NCBI RefSeq assembly: GCF_009914755.1
Contig: NC_060929.1
Strand: one strand, 5' to 3'
Origin: the human T2T-CHM13v2.0 reference genome, Homo sapiens
Length of the DNA: 64,000 bases
Below, in pieces: positions 16,216 through 32,950 of this stretch. The stretch's first letter is position 1. The number at the start of each line of letters is the position of its first letter. The notes below the pieces were generated by a model, which searched no databases, had not been told where the DNA came from, and worked only from the letters and a program-made list of their open reading frames with translations. Made by a program: the position numbers and the translations under genes.

Positions 16216-16609
16216 CAAATATGTCAGCCTTCTCTTCTATTTTTAATCATTTTGTGTAGAATATCTGTGGCTCTTTTTGGATGCCTTTCTCTTTCTTTTT
16301 CAAAGGTTCCGCAATGCAGCCCTTTCCCTCAGTCCTTCTGGGTTGGCTGGGATGAGAGAGTATGCATTGTTCTTTATATTTCTAGTTGTCAGTGATTGCT
16401 AGTAATGGGTGGGGATGATAGAAACTCTTATGGTAGTTTAGTGGAATGCAAGATCACTGTGAGGTTGGTGATTTTTGCCTAAGTCTTAAAAAAAAAGATA
16501 GAATTCAGGTAAAGCATTTTAGGGAGAGAAAACTGGAAAATGGGCAAAGTAATTTTAATGTGCTTGGCATTTGGGGAGAAAAGGAGGGAAGTAGTGATTA
16601 AAATACTTT

Positions 16610-17138
16610 TATATTTTGGCCCAAGATCTGTTCCTCTTTACCTCTCCGGACACATCTCTTTTCATTTATCTTCTTGATGTGAACACCATCTATGGAATGT
16701 CTTTCAATTCTTCAAACAGGGCAAGGGTACCTCTGTTTCTGTTATTTTATCTGCCCTATGCCTGGAACACCCCTTCCCTATCATTCTTCTCTCTCTAGAA
16801 TACACATCCTTCACTTGACTAAAAAATATCACCTACTCAGGTGTTCATCTTATGTTCAATTTTGGAAGACAGTATTACTAGGAAGCCTTCCCTGAATCAC
16901 TCAGACTGAGCTAGCTGTCCTTTCTGTTTGCATCCATGCTACCACTAACATTGTATCACTTTCATTGGATTTAAATGGCTTATTTTAATTGTCTGCTTCC
17001 TTCCATTCAAAGATGACACTCTTGAGTGTAAGCGACTGTGTCTGTCATATTCATCCTCATATCGTTAGAGTCTAATCCGGTGCTTGGAAAATTGTGGACA
17101 TGGATGAATGTTTTCAATGAATGAATGAATAAATGAAC
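16610..17138 (+). mobile_element. L2 3' region
   Basis: TGCCTGGAACACCCCTTCC...AGGAAGCCTTCCCTGA...GACTGTGTCTG...(TGAA)n tail. Confidence 0.75.
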
Positions 17139-18009
17139 AAAATGCAGTGACAAAATAGTCTTGTTGGAACGGTCACTTATGCAAGCAGATAGTCGGAACT
17201 GAGCCTGTAGAATCAGATAGAGCCTCTGTTTTGGAAAGTCTTGGAGGCTGACAATGGAATGTTAAAAACCATATAGCATTAAAATCTTAATCTAGAGGTA
17301 CCTACAGAACTCTAGAGTATAAAACAAGAAATACCAAGGCTTTCAAAGCCTGGATAAATATTGTAATTAATTGTCTTTTCTTGCAAGATCAATGAAGGCC
17401 AATGATAGGCTTCAGACTAGCTGCTGGGGGATGGGGTTATTGCAAGCAACTCTAATTTGTTGGGGGAAACACCTGCTTCTCCAGAAAGCTGTCAGAAGTG
17501 TAAAGAAAAAGAAAACTGTAGATAAGATAGGATTCTGTCCAAGTCATGATTAACCTAAAAGAAACTTTTACAAAATGGCGTTTTGTGGAAAACAATTTCA
17601 GAATATAATAATAGATGTGTCCAAAGACATTTAAGTTTGGGAAAGTGTCTATAAAAATTTACTTCTTGGAGATTTATCACATGCATTAACCCATTAGACC
17701 CTTTGAGGACTTCTATGAGAAAGCAAGTTGTGTGGCTTCTTTTACCATCATATTTCCCAAACTTTATATGACAGCATACTTTTTCTGAAGCATACCTATT
17801 TATTTGTTGCAGAAAAACAGTGTGAGAAATACTGTTCTAAGAAGTCAGAGCTTTCTGAGATTATTCAGGACTAAAATATTGATAATACTTGTGCTTCATA
17901 GGGTTTATATAGTCTTATGTGCTTTGATTATAATTAAGTTGCTTATTTTAGATTATTTTAAATGCATCTCAGACTCACCAGTTTAAGACAAATCTATAGA
18001 GATAAATAG

Positions 18010-18426
<417 letters not shown>

Positions 18427-19014
18427 TAATAGTGATGTAAAAATCATTTGAGATTGGCATACTGTTTGTAAACAGCTACAAGATTTCTATTTTTTTAAGT
18501 GCCCCAAATGTGTTTTCCTAAGGAGGATAAATATTCCCACTGAACTTCTACTTATCCTTCTAATTTGCTCATTTCTAAAATTCTATAAGTCAATGAATTT
18601 CAAATTGGCAGAGTCTGAATTAATGTGATTTAGATCATAGATCAAAGACTTAGCATTTTAAATGAAAATATATTCTTTATTATGCTTCTATGCCAGAGTT
18701 TTGTGAAGTGTATAAAGCACCCTTCATATGAGTAAGCAACTCTTAAGAATTACATATTCCATTCAATTTCAGACTTCTTTGAGAAAATATATCTACTGCT
18801 AGAAAGTTATTCATGTGTAAAGAAACACAGTATATAAGAACAACAACAAAAAAAGTAGAGCATTGTGTTTGAAGTCAGGATCATCATCATTACACAATGA
18901 CCCAAAGCTAGGTTCCAGAAAAGTTGTTAAATTTATTATAAATGTATCTAAGGGCAAAAGCTACTGTATATATAAAGAGTACAAAAGATAATACATTGCA
19001 ATGGTAGCAAATGT

Positions 19015-19200
19015 GTGAGTGGGTTCCAATCACAGCTCTACTGCTTAGTAATTCGTGACCTTGGGGAAGTTTCCATTCATAAAATTGGGACAATACCATT
19101 ATCTCCTCCTATTTATTGAGAGCTAAATGAGAAAATAAATAGAAAGCTCTTAACGTAAGTCAGGTACATAGAAAGTACTAAAAATATTATTTATCATTAT
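19015..19200 (+). mobile_element. MIR
   Basis: GGGTTCCAATCACAGCTCTACT...GTGACCTTGGGGAAGT...TAAATGAGA. Confidence 0.75.
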
Positions 19201-19396
19201 TCAAAGGTTATTATAAGCTAGAAAACAACTTAGTCCTGATTCTTTAATTTTCTTACCATTTTCTACTGTTTCAGAAGGCAATTACCTTGTTTACACCTTT
19301 CAATACTCAGTGATACACTTTGATACACTGAGGTATTCAATATTTCCTATTTATGTATTAGTATTTATTAATTAGTTGCTTTATTAGTATTTACTG

Positions 19397-19519
19397 ATTT
19401 GATAGTATTTAGTTGCTTACGTCTCTAAAATCTATTTTCTTTTTAAATCAAGTCTCTATTTTCCAGGCAATACTCTATTTGATAGCATTTAGTTGCTTAT
19501 GTACCTACAATCTATTTTC
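19397..19519. repeat. Local ~43-bp direct repeat, period 80
   Basis: ATTTGATAG(T/C)ATTTAGTTGCTTA...AATCTATTTTC at 19397 and 19477. Confidence 0.85.
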
Positions 19520-19671
19520 CTGTTTTTTGTTGTTGTTTGTTTTTACCTAGTCTTTATTTTTCAAGTAACAGGGAGAAGTCCATCTCTTCTTTCATTCCTT
19601 CATCTCCTCATATCATCATTAATTTATTTTTCCTATCCCAAGATGTTGTCTTTTTCCTTTAGAGATTACTG

Positions 19672-20103
<432 letters not shown>

Positions 20104-20254
20104 TAGTTAGATTCTTTCATTAGAATTGATTCATCATTCTTACTGCTTCCTGTTTTAGTTTTGTTTTGCTTTCCTTAGAAGAAATGAAAAATGAAGAAAA
20201 TATTTTTGCCTTGTCCACCAGAATGCACTCTCTGATGAAAGATACTGATAAAAT

Positions 20255-20420
20255 AATGGACTTTGGACACATGCTGACCTGGGCTTGTATTACCTGCTCT
20301 TTCCCTTCCCAGCTCTCTCAGCTTGGACAGGTTACTTCACCACTGGCAACTTCAGCTTCCTCGTTGTATAATGAGCATGCTACTAATAACTTTGTAGAAT
20401 GGTGAGGATGAGAAAACATT
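20255..20420 (+). mobile_element. MIR
   Basis: GGACTTTGGA...GACCTGGG...CTTGGACAGGTTACTTCACC...GTGAGGAT. Confidence 0.65.
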
Positions 20421-21049
20421 TGTCTAGAATAGAGGGAATCTGTAAATGTTAACTCAAATCATTGTCATTTCTCTGTTTTATTATAACAACTCATCATGCA
20501 GTTGGCAAATCAACTGCCACAATTTATTTCAATATTTAATTTCAGCAAAATGGGAATATGCTTAATCATCATGTATAATTTAAACCTGGCAGTCTAACTT
20601 CAGAATCTTCTTCTATTTTACCTGATGCACTATTGTTTCACTTCTTTTCTTCATATCAAACAAATAGAATTAATTTTAAATTATAAGATCTCATTTTAAA
20701 GATTCTAACCAGTGTATGCCTCTTTGTTTGGTGGTTTGTCAACATCTTAAGTAGATATTTTGAAGAGTATGAAGAGCGCAAGGGTTCCTCTAGAAACATA
20801 ATCTAATTTTAACCTCCAATTTGAATTATATTTCAAATGTGATGCAGTGTAAATGAGCAAACACAAATTTGATGTGTGTATATGTGTGTCTATGTATGAT
20901 GTAATCTCCTCCTTCCCTAGAGACAGGTAAAAATCTAACAAAGAGCTGAAGAAACCAGACTTTGGGAAGTCAAGTGATTTGTGTGATAAAAGCCAGAGTT
21001 ACTCAGCAGTAGACCCATGCAGAAATGCATTTGGTAGAGCAGACACCCA

Positions 21050-21230
21050 CAGCGCTGAAGTGGAAGACCTTGGTTTTGGAAGGTACCATTCTGGGTCCAC
21101 ACCATCTTGGCCACACACTGGCTTTGTGACCATGGGCAAACATGTTAGCCTCTTTGATCATCACTTTTTTCTTGGGAATACTAGTAGCCTTCTGTACAAC
21201 GTAGTTGTAAAGAATAAGTGAGATAACATT
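21050..21230 (+). mobile_element. MIR
   Basis: TGTGACCATGGGCAAACATGTTAGCCTCTTTG...GTTGTAAAGAATAAGTGAGATAA. Confidence 0.65.
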
Positions 21231-21323
21231 CTTGCCATATGGTGACATCTCTCTAATTGCTAGTTTTTCATTTCCTACAGCCCCTCACTACGTGCCAGGA
21301 GTGGGTTTTAAAAAAGGATGACT

Positions 21324-21630
21324 GGCCAGGCTCAGTGGCTCACCCCTGTAATCCCAGCACTTTGGGAAGCTGAGGCAGGTGGAACATGAGGTCAGGAGTT
21401 CAAGACCAGCCTGGCTAAGATGGTGAAACCCCATCTCTACTAAAAATACAAAAATTAGCTGGGTGTGGTGGTGGGTGCCTGTAGTCCCAGCTACTCAGGA
21501 GGCTGAAGCAGAGAATTGCTTGAATCCGGGAGGCAGAGGTTGCAGTTAGCCGAGATTGTGCCACTGCATGCCAGCCTGGGTGACAGAGCAAGACTCTGTC
21601 TCAGAAAAAAAAAAAAAAAAAAAAAAAAAA
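21324..21630 (+). mobile_element. AluSg-like (Sg7-type features)
   Basis: AAGATGGTGAAACC and GCAGAGAATTGC; long poly(A); TSD AAAAAG(G)AT(G/A)ACT. Confidence 0.9.
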
Positions 21631-23149
21631 GATAACTAAAAAACAGTCCCTGCCCTCACACCTCACAGATGCTCCAGTCTAACTACTGTTGGGAGGGAAG
21701 AACAGGATAGAGGAAATGAGAGCAACAGTTAAAGATGTTCCATCTGAGGCTTACCCTGTAGGCTAATTCCACACATTGGCAGAGTTTGGACTTGAACATT
21801 GATTTGCTTAGGTAATTCCTAGCCCTTCCACCTGTAACTGTGAGTTTACACATGCTACTTAACTCCTTTGAACTTTAATGTTTTTCACCTATATAATAAA
21901 ATAATAGGAGTCATACATTGTACATTTATATGAAAAGTTTAAGGGCAAAGTGAACTTTTATATTATCACTATTTAAAAATGACTCTGCAGCAAAACAGAA
22001 GATATACTTGAGTCATTATTTTAAGAAGAATTTCTTCCAGTTATCCCTAATTCTAGGGGAGCTCACAAGGAAGTTAAACAAGCATGGACAGGAATGATCA
22101 TTATTATATTCCATCTTTTTCAGACACTCAGACAATGGGTTCTCACTGAGCACCACACTGGGGGCACTGAAGTTAATATTAATAAGAAGGATGATGACCC
22201 CTTTATAGCCTCAGAGAAAAGAAAAAGTCATCAGTGTTTTAATGTTCTTCTCAAGAAGCCTACCATTGCCTCCTCTAAGTGCTCAGAACATTATCTTGCT
22301 ATAGATATCTCCACCCTTGTGGCAGAGTCTACATTATTGTGGTATCTCTAATCATAACACAGTGAGATTCAGATATTTTACTCTAATTAATGTCATTCTA
22401 GAGGGTGTGCTGTGATGAATATATGTAAATATCTTATGAATTTGACCATGCTTTCAGCTCTGAACTCTGGCTTCCAGGAGTCAGTGTGAACTAATTGAAT
22501 AACAGAAAACTCATAATTTAGCAACTGTAAAGAACCTGAAAGTATCCTGTAAACTATGCAACTGGGTCAGGATACATGATTATCTTTAGAATAAAATTTG
22601 AAATAATTTTCCAGTTTCCCTGTGCCTTCTGAATATTAGCTGTAGATATTAAATTGAAAGAAAGGACAAGATAAAACTTGGAAAACTGAATTACATTTTA
22701 AATGTAATTCCTATGGTACCCAATGTGAAACATACTACTTAGGACCTCAGTGGGGGCGCTCCATAAATGCTTGTTATCCGCAAATAAAAACCACTGGAAA
22801 GCCACGAAGGAAACCAGTAAGATTTCTCAGTGTTCTTTTTTCTGGTTTGTATTGCTGTGCATCCTCAGGCGATTTCCTGGCTTTCTCTCTCTTAGCTTAG
22901 AGGGATAACAGCCATGTCTCCTCTGTCCCCTAAGGACAGACCTTCATCGAGTCCCACTTAGAATGCTAAAACTGCGCTCTGGTTTGTCTCTCTGAGTATG
23001 GCCTCTCCCAGCCTGCCCATATCCGTCAGACTAATCACACTACCACAAGGCATACAGCACATGCCCCTCTTAAAAGGATTTTAAAATGCTCTGAAATACT
23101 CTTATCTAGTTAAATAATATGTAGATGAATAATATGTAGAATCAGATCA

Positions 23150-23520
<371 letters not shown>

Positions 23521-23629
23521 TTTTAATGATAAAAATACACATTTCACGAAGTAGCGTGAGGATTAAATGAGCTAACATAGTAGGCATTTGTTGAAATGAA
23601 TTATCCATTATGATTAAAAATCATTATCT

Positions 23630-23950
<321 letters not shown>

Positions 23951-25724
23951 TTACTGGCTAAATCAAATGAAATATTCAGCAGGTCATTTGGCTTCAAGCG
24001 CACCAGGCAATCATGTTAAGAAGGTCTAGTTTCTTTTGATCTCTTGGTCTCACCCTCCTCCATGGTTTGACGTCATTTTTAGAGGCAATTTTCCTTCACG
24101 GTGATACGGATGATTACTAGCAGATTTTGTGAATATTATTGTCCAGGAGAAACAGGTCAGTCTCTTTCCTGATGATATGCACAGATGTCTTCAGATTCTC
24201 TCTCATTGGAAAGCTTTGGTCACATGCCTATCCCTGAACCAATGACCGTGACTAGAGGAATGGAATTCACTAATAGGTTTAGGCCCAAATCACATACACC
24301 ATTTCCAAAGTCCCCCAGAAGTGGTAGACACTGAAAGTACTGGATGGGCAGATTTCTTAATGATGATCAAAAATTATTGTCTAAAGTAGGGTGCATAGAT
24401 GCTAGGTAGCCCAGACAACATATGTGTATCATGCATGTCTTCTGTCAACTTAACGCTTTGTGTATAGCGTTAGAACAGCTTTTAAACCACTGAACTTTTG
24501 GGGATGCAAAGATTTAGATGGATACATAAACATCAAATGCAAAACATACCATTTGCTATAAACTCTTTCTAAAAGAGGTTAAAAAAATACTCTCACTACT
24601 TAGAAAATATGCAAAAATAGTTTGTGAACAAATTAGCAAAAACCATAGAGTATCTCCCATATCCACCACCCACTACCCTGAAAAAAAAGAAAGAGAAGGA
24701 AAAAAAAGACTAGCTTTGGTGTGATATTTTAAGATAAACCGATTATTCAACAAGTAGAAATGGGATAAGAGGAATAATGCAGGAAAATAAGACAACTTGT
24801 TTACCAGTTACTATGTAAGTCAAGAAAATATTTTAATAAAAGATTGAATATTTAACATAGCAATCTTTTTATTTCAAAAAGATAAAGCATATATAGCTTT
24901 TAATAATTTAGCTAATTCTTGCCATTTCTGCTAAGTAAGGCAGATGCTTCCAATGCCACACAGGAGTTGTAAGTGAGGGAAAAAGGAAAAGAAAAAGCAA
25001 CTTTTATTCTGTTTCTGATGAGAGCTATTTCCTTCATACAAACAGAATGCCTGTGGATTCCCCTCTGTAGATTGGTGTGTTGAGCTGCATCTATTTCCCG
25101 GATGGTAACTAGCCTCTGAATACGACACTCCCCACATCCTTTTTCCCTTCTATGTTGTTGTACGTGGAATTAATCACATCCTAATGGAAACGCTGGCAAT
25201 TTCAGAGCAGATTATGATTTTTTAAAATCCCCTCCAGGTAAAAGTTGCCGTCCTTTATAATTTTCAGAGTCAGCTTTCCTATCTTCTCCCACGTAGGAGG
25301 CTATCTTGCTGGTATAACCTGCATGAAGTGGACTGTGCAGGGTTAGATATGAAAGCGTCCAGGATCCAGCTGACTCTGTTTGAAGTATTGCCACTCTACT
25401 GTGGCAGGAGATGTTTTAAATCAAAGGAACAGAAAGCACCATAGAGAGAACACTCTTTTTTTTCCTGGAGATTTGTATTCCTGGAGATACTGCTTGGAAG
25501 CCAGGCTTCTCCCTCCAAAATTGTGATTTCCTGACAGTGAATGAATAGCCTTTACACCGTTTGTAGAGTCAGGGAAAGAAAAATACAATGGAACAACAGA
25601 ATATGGTGTAGGTTACTCTTGCCACAGTATCCAACAGAAGGGGAAGGGTGAGAAGAAAGTGTTTATTATCTTCAGGATTACAATGGAGATTGGCAACAGC
25701 AGTCATCTAAAATAAAAGCAATCA

Positions 25725-26392
<668 letters not shown>

Positions 26393-26951
26393 GACTAGAG
26401 GAAAGAGGAAATTTATGAGAGGACAACAGATAAAGCTAAAGATCTGGGTGTACTTTGTATGACTTTTTTATAGTTTTAAATTACTTGGTAAAGATGATTT
26501 TGCTCACGGACGACTCCTCATTGTTTAAATACCGCTTTAAAAATTCAGTCATTTATTTTATTGTTGTTGCAGGATGAGAATTTGTGGAGATAGAATTTAG
26601 GTTCTAATGGGCAACGTCTAATTTAATCTGGCTGAAACTTTTATCCTTCTGGTGGAGAGGATCAGGTGGACTCCTCAAAAATGGATATATATTTTTTACA
26701 TTGTTATCATCTTCTGACCAGAAAGTAGAACAGCGATGCTCTTCCTCTGCTTCTAAATAAAATAAGTCTAAGTCTCTTAGCTTTGTACACCATTGATCCT
26801 TTGTGTCACGGGCACCACTTGACATAGAAAGTACTTCTGTAGGAAATACATGAACATATGAAGTATGTGTGAGCTAATAAAGTATAGATTTTGAACAATT
26901 TCACAGCTATCAGGCTTTAAGTGAGTGAATTTTAGCTTTTAATACAGATAC

Positions 26952-27308
26952 TTTTTTTTTCTTTTTCCTTTTCTTCTTTCATAATTTTTTTTCTTTTTCT
27001 TTTTTCTTTCTTTCTTTCTTTTTTTTTCTTTTTTTTTTTTTAGAAACAGAGTCCCACTGTTGCCCAGACTGCAGTGCACGATCATAGTTCACCGCAGCCT
27101 CAAACTCCTGGGCTCAAATCACCCTTCCGCCTCAATCTCCTTAGTAATTACCACTACAGGCATGCACCACTATATCTGCTTAATTTTTAAATTTTCTGTA
27201 GGGACAGGGTCTCACGATGTTGTCCAGGCTGGTCTCAAAATTCTGGCCTCTAGCGATCCTCCTACGTCAGCCTACCAAGCCTACAGGCATGAGCCACTGT
27301 GCTCAGCC
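26952..27308 (-). mobile_element. AluJ
   Basis: GATCATAG, CTCCTGGGCTCAA, CAGGGTCTCAC J-type features; ~90-nt T-rich tail. Confidence 0.88.
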
Positions 27309-27566
27309 TCAGAGACGTTATTTAAGTTTGAAGGGAGGAGGCCCAGGTATCATGTTCATTAGTACCTTTATTGTTTGACTAACACAAGAGCTCACATTCA
27401 TTAGAGTGAGGAAATTAGCCTACTTTTTTTTTTTTAATGATGTGGGAAAATTTTAAAAACTAATCCTATTTGAAGTGAAGATAAATGTAAGCAGATAGAC
27501 ATTGTATGTGCTGTTCTTCTTTAGCATATACGTTTTGACTAATGATTGTGTATAAAAGCAATTTTA

Positions 27567-27917
<351 letters not shown>

Positions 27918-28856
27918 CTATATATTTCTTCTTAATTTATTTTTACAGAACCATTTGATTTCAGTACACGAAGACACATGAAAAGTGCTTGTTTTAAGCA
28001 ATCATTTCTAATTTTTAAGGAAGACTTCCTAATTGCTTGTCAATTAAAGCTCTTAGCTTCAAGGTTTTACACTTTAATAGGAGGGACATGAACAAGTGAC
28101 TTAAAACAAGGAATCTAAAGGGAAATGTGGATGGATTTCTTTCTTTTATTCAAATATTTGATAATGGTTCATAATGCCTTATAATTTACAATTGAAAGAG
28201 TAATGGAGATATCCAATAATTTAGAATTAGAAATAATTGTTAATAATCTTAGTTTCATACATTATTCACCAATAAATGTAAAGTTGTATGTAAAGATATC
28301 TATTAGCAGTCTAGATTTAAATTTTTAATAAACTTGGGAGCCCTTAAATGCAGAGAATCTTAGTCTCAGGAATACTAAGCAAATACCATGTGATTCTTGA
28401 AATAATTCAATAATCATAAGTAATTATAGAAAAAATAAAGCTATAATACACATCAAGTCATTGTGTCATGGAAAGTGAGAACTTTAACTCTGTAGTCAAT
28501 AGTCATGTCCTCTAAAACGTGTGAATATTGTGTATTGATGAAATATAACAATTTTTGACTTTGGGGGAAAACTACAAAAAAAAAAAGAAATAAAATGGAA
28601 CATTAAGTTGTAATTATAACAATGTGACCACATAGGCACTACCAGACAAAAGGAAAGGGATATATGTCTGGATGAGTCCATTATGTTACCAGATAACATG
28701 CATGTGGACTAAGCGCTGACAATGCACTTACGATTATATAAATCAAGATATTCTACACGACTCTAAAAGAAAAGTAGAATATAGAATTGGACCACACAGG
28801 TATATAACTCACGTTAAACAAAACAAAGCAAAGCAAAAACTTATTCTGTCAAAATC

Positions 28857-28925
28857 AGGTGTTGTAAAGCTATAGTCCATGGGCCAAATCTGGTGTACTT
28901 ACTGTTTTCATAACTAAAGTTTAAT
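28857..28925 (+). mobile_element. MER58 5' fragment
   Basis: CAGGTGTTG...CCATGGGCCAAATCTGG...TAAAGTTT. Confidence 0.55.
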
Positions 28926-28926
28926 T

Positions 28927-29223
28927 AATTAATTAATTTTTGGAGACAGGTTCTCGCTTTATCCCCCAAGCTGGAGTATAGTGGCACAATCTTGGCGCAC
29001 TGCAACCTCTGCCTCCCAGGTTCAAGTGATTCTTCTGCCTCAGCCTCCCCGTAGCTGGGGTTACAGGCATGCACCACCATGCCCGGCTAATTTTTGTATT
29101 TTTAGTAGAGATGGGGTTTCACCATATTGACCAGGCTGGTCTCAAACTCCTGACCTCAAGTGATCTACCTGGGTCGGCCTCCCAAAACGCTGAGATTACA
29201 GGCATGAGCCACTGAGCCCAGCC
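28927..29223 (-). mobile_element. AluSz/Sx-like
   Basis: CCTGACCTCAAGTGATC; TSD TAAAGTTTAATT. Confidence 0.9.
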
Positions 29224-29244
29224 CAATAAAGTTTAATTTACATA

Positions 29245-29925
29245 GCAAATAAAAGACATAAAGAGGCAATTAACAAATGGGGAGATAATAATTATTATCA
29301 AATTTGTGGAGAAATTCTCAACATCATTACTAATCAGAAGATGCAAACTAAAGCAAGAATAAAATACCAATTTACATTCATCCGATCAGCAAAAATTAAG
29401 AATCTGGACTTTATCAAGTATTGCAGAGGGTATTGCCAAACAGGAAACTTCACCTCCTGTCTCATATGCATTTGAGCAAATTCTTGATGGCGAAGCTGGC
29501 AGCAACTCATGAATTTAAGTCTGTTTATTTTTATTTATTTATTTATTTAGACAAGGTCTTGCTCTATTACCCAGTCTGGAGTGCAGTGGCACTATCACGG
29601 CTTACTGCAGCTTCAACCTCCTAGACTCAAGCAAGTCTCCCACTTTAGCCGCTGCCTCCAGAGTAGCTAGGACTTCAAGTGTGTGCCACCATGCCTGGCT
29701 AATTTTTTATTTAAATTTTTTGTAGAGATAAGATCTCACTATGTTGCCTAGGCAGGTCTTAAACTTCTGGGCTCAAGCAATCCTCCCCGCTCGGCCTCCC
29801 AAAGTGCTAGGGTTATATGTGTGAGCCACTGCACCTAGCCAAGTGTCTTAATATTTTGTCACTCGGAGATGTATTTCTGAGTGCTTATCTCAGAGAAATA
29901 AAGAATCTCTCACAAGTCCATGTTA
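29245..29925 (+). mobile_element. Old L1M ORF2 3' fragment split by AluJ
   Basis: CTCAACATCATTACTAATCAG...ATGCAAACTAAAGCA...ATACCA...AGCAAAAATTAAGA...CAAGTATTG. Confidence 0.7.
29524..29840 (-). mobile_element. AluJ
   Basis: CTCACTATGTTGCC, CTGGGCTCAAGCAATCCTCC. Confidence 0.88.
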
Positions 29926-30250
29926 ACAGCTGTGAAGTGAGATACTTAAGATCCCAAACCAAAATAAACAAAAAACCCCACAAATACCAATAAAAAAATT
30001 TAATCATAAAGCACCCTAAAATAAATGTTATTGTGAAGAACTCACTTGGGGTCTCTAGTATAATAGCAGCAAGGAAATTATATAATTTTTACTTTCTTAG
30101 TATCAATAGTCTATTAGTAGCATTTGGCTTCTGCAAAATTCTTAGTAACTTGAATTTTAAAAATCCTAAATTGTATATGTAGATGCATTAATGACCAGAA
30201 TACATCATCTCTTGTGGCACAATTTTTCTCTATTCACAGAAGAAAGAATC

Positions 30251-30552
30251 TTTTTTTTTTTTTTTTTTTTTTTTTGAGACGGAATCTTGCTCTGTTGCCC
30301 AGACTGGAGTGCATTGGTGCAATCTCAGCTCACTGCAAGCTCCACCTCCTGGGTTCACGCCATTCTCCTGCCTCAGCCTCCTGAGTAGCTGGGACTACAG
30401 GCACCCACCACCACGCCCGGCTAATTTTTTGTATTTTTAGTAGAGATGGGGTTTGTGTTATCCAGGATGGTCTCGATCTCCTGACCTCGTGATCCACCCG
30501 TCTCGGCCTCCCAAAGTGCTGGGATTACAGGTGTGAGCCACCGCGCCCGGCC
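30251..30552 (-). mobile_element. AluY
   Basis: GCAAGCTCC, GGTTCACGCCATTC; long T tail; TSD ...AGAATCTT. Confidence 0.94.
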
Positions 30553-32384
30553 AGAAAAAGAGAATCTTTACATTTAATCCCCCCTACCTACCCCTCTCCA
30601 CAAAATGTGAGTTACATGTTTAATAAAAGTTCTTCTAATACAGAGAAAATCTGGATACATTGTTTATTCCTTTTTCCATTGTCCATTTGAACATGTTTAA
30701 TCACTACAGCAATGATTCTGTAATTCTTACAAATTATCTTGCAAAAAAAAATTGTTGGTAGGAAGAGGCTATCATAGCACAGAAAAAAAGATCATGTTCC
30801 TCCCTCATATTTATTTTCAAATAAACTTCATAGGCACTTCTCAAAGTGAGTTAATCATGAATGATCCACTCTATTTTTTTCATTTGATTCACAGAATACC
30901 CCCATGTGTACATGCACACACACACACAAATTTGAATATACTCAATTTTGCATAGACAGAGGATTGCTCTAGTCTAAGGCAGGATTCATTGGCCCAGATT
31001 CCCTAGTTTCAAGGGAAATCTGCCTCCCGTAACTTTTTCACTTCCTAATGATTACTTTGTGTGTTGGTATTCTTTTGGAGTGATCTTCCTGCCAGTTATG
31101 CTTGGTGAACTCTGCCTTTTCACAGTTTGTACAGTAAAGCCCTCTCTAGTCATAACAGTTGGCCTTCTTGCATACTTTTCTAGTAACAAGTACTGCTGCT
31201 CTGACAGTATTGAAAGCAAGAACTAAGGTCTGTCTGTGATGAATTGTGGTAGGAGAAAGAACTAGGATTAGTCAAAGATTCTTACGTAACAAAATCCAAA
31301 GTAGCATTCCACAGTTTTCAGGAATTATATTTGTGTTAATAGGACTGGCTTTGGAGAATCAAGAATATTAGTGGCTTTTTGTTTTTGGTATCTTAAAAAG
31401 AATAAAGAAACATGATCCACAACTTCTATTTGTACCACCTTTAAGATTGTGACCCTTTTACAGTAATGAATTATATAAAGCAGGAACAATTAAATCATTA
31501 CAGCAGGAACAAAGTGATTATCATGCATAGCTAACAATTTGAGAAACTATTGCCACTTTGTATTTAATTTCATTTCCTTGATATATTTTAAGCCTGTTTC
31601 ATGAGAAGTTATATCCATGCAATTGCAAATATGACTTGCCTGCATTTTCAAGTGGTTCCAGGGGGCATTTTCTACTTTCTATGTCTCTCACACTTAAACA
31701 TAGTCAACAAAGTTAATCATTTCATAGCTGTTGAAACGGTGCCATTCATCTCCTGTGATGTAATTTTACATAGTTGGTCCAAACCGTAGCTGTGCATAAC
31801 AATTCCATTGATATTCTGTCAAATGTCACAAGCTTTCAAGTTCAGCACCTACACATTTATTGCATTGAAGCTGGAGATTACCTGAAAATCGTTTTGTCAG
31901 TGCTTCTTCCTATTAGATATAAAGAAGATATAGAGGGTGAGGGAGGAGGGCCTTGCTGCCTTCATATGCATGGTAAAAAAAAGTTTTCTAAACACTAGCA
32001 GTGCTCCAAAATAATGATGGCAACTTATTTATTTTGGTAGCTCAAAACCTAGCAGAATTTCTGGCTGTATTCTTGCATTTGCAAAGAAATGAATAAATGA
32101 ATAAAATGACGGAAAATGTCTATTGTGAGTCAGCCAAACATTACTTTGCCATCACTGACCTCTGAGTCCTCTACCAAACACTATGTGGATGAATACAAAA
32201 GGAAGTAGAAGGAAGAGGAGTAGGAGAAGAAGAGAAAGAAGGAAGAGGAGGAGAAAGGGGTAAAACCGTGTTGTTTTTAACAATATATCATAGTACTTAG
32301 GATCAGAAGCTTTGGAGACGAATAGATCAGAGTTCTGAATTTTGACTATGCTGTGTCCTTGTTATGTGACCTGATAGAACAAAA

Positions 32385-32950
<566 letters not shown>

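Noticed and set aside
25017-25118. TGATGA...CTGA resembling a box C/D snoRNA
   Set aside because: No convincing terminal stem and no recognisable rRNA/snRNA guide
31841-31860. TTCAGCACC REST half-site
   Set aside because: The GGACAG right half is absent
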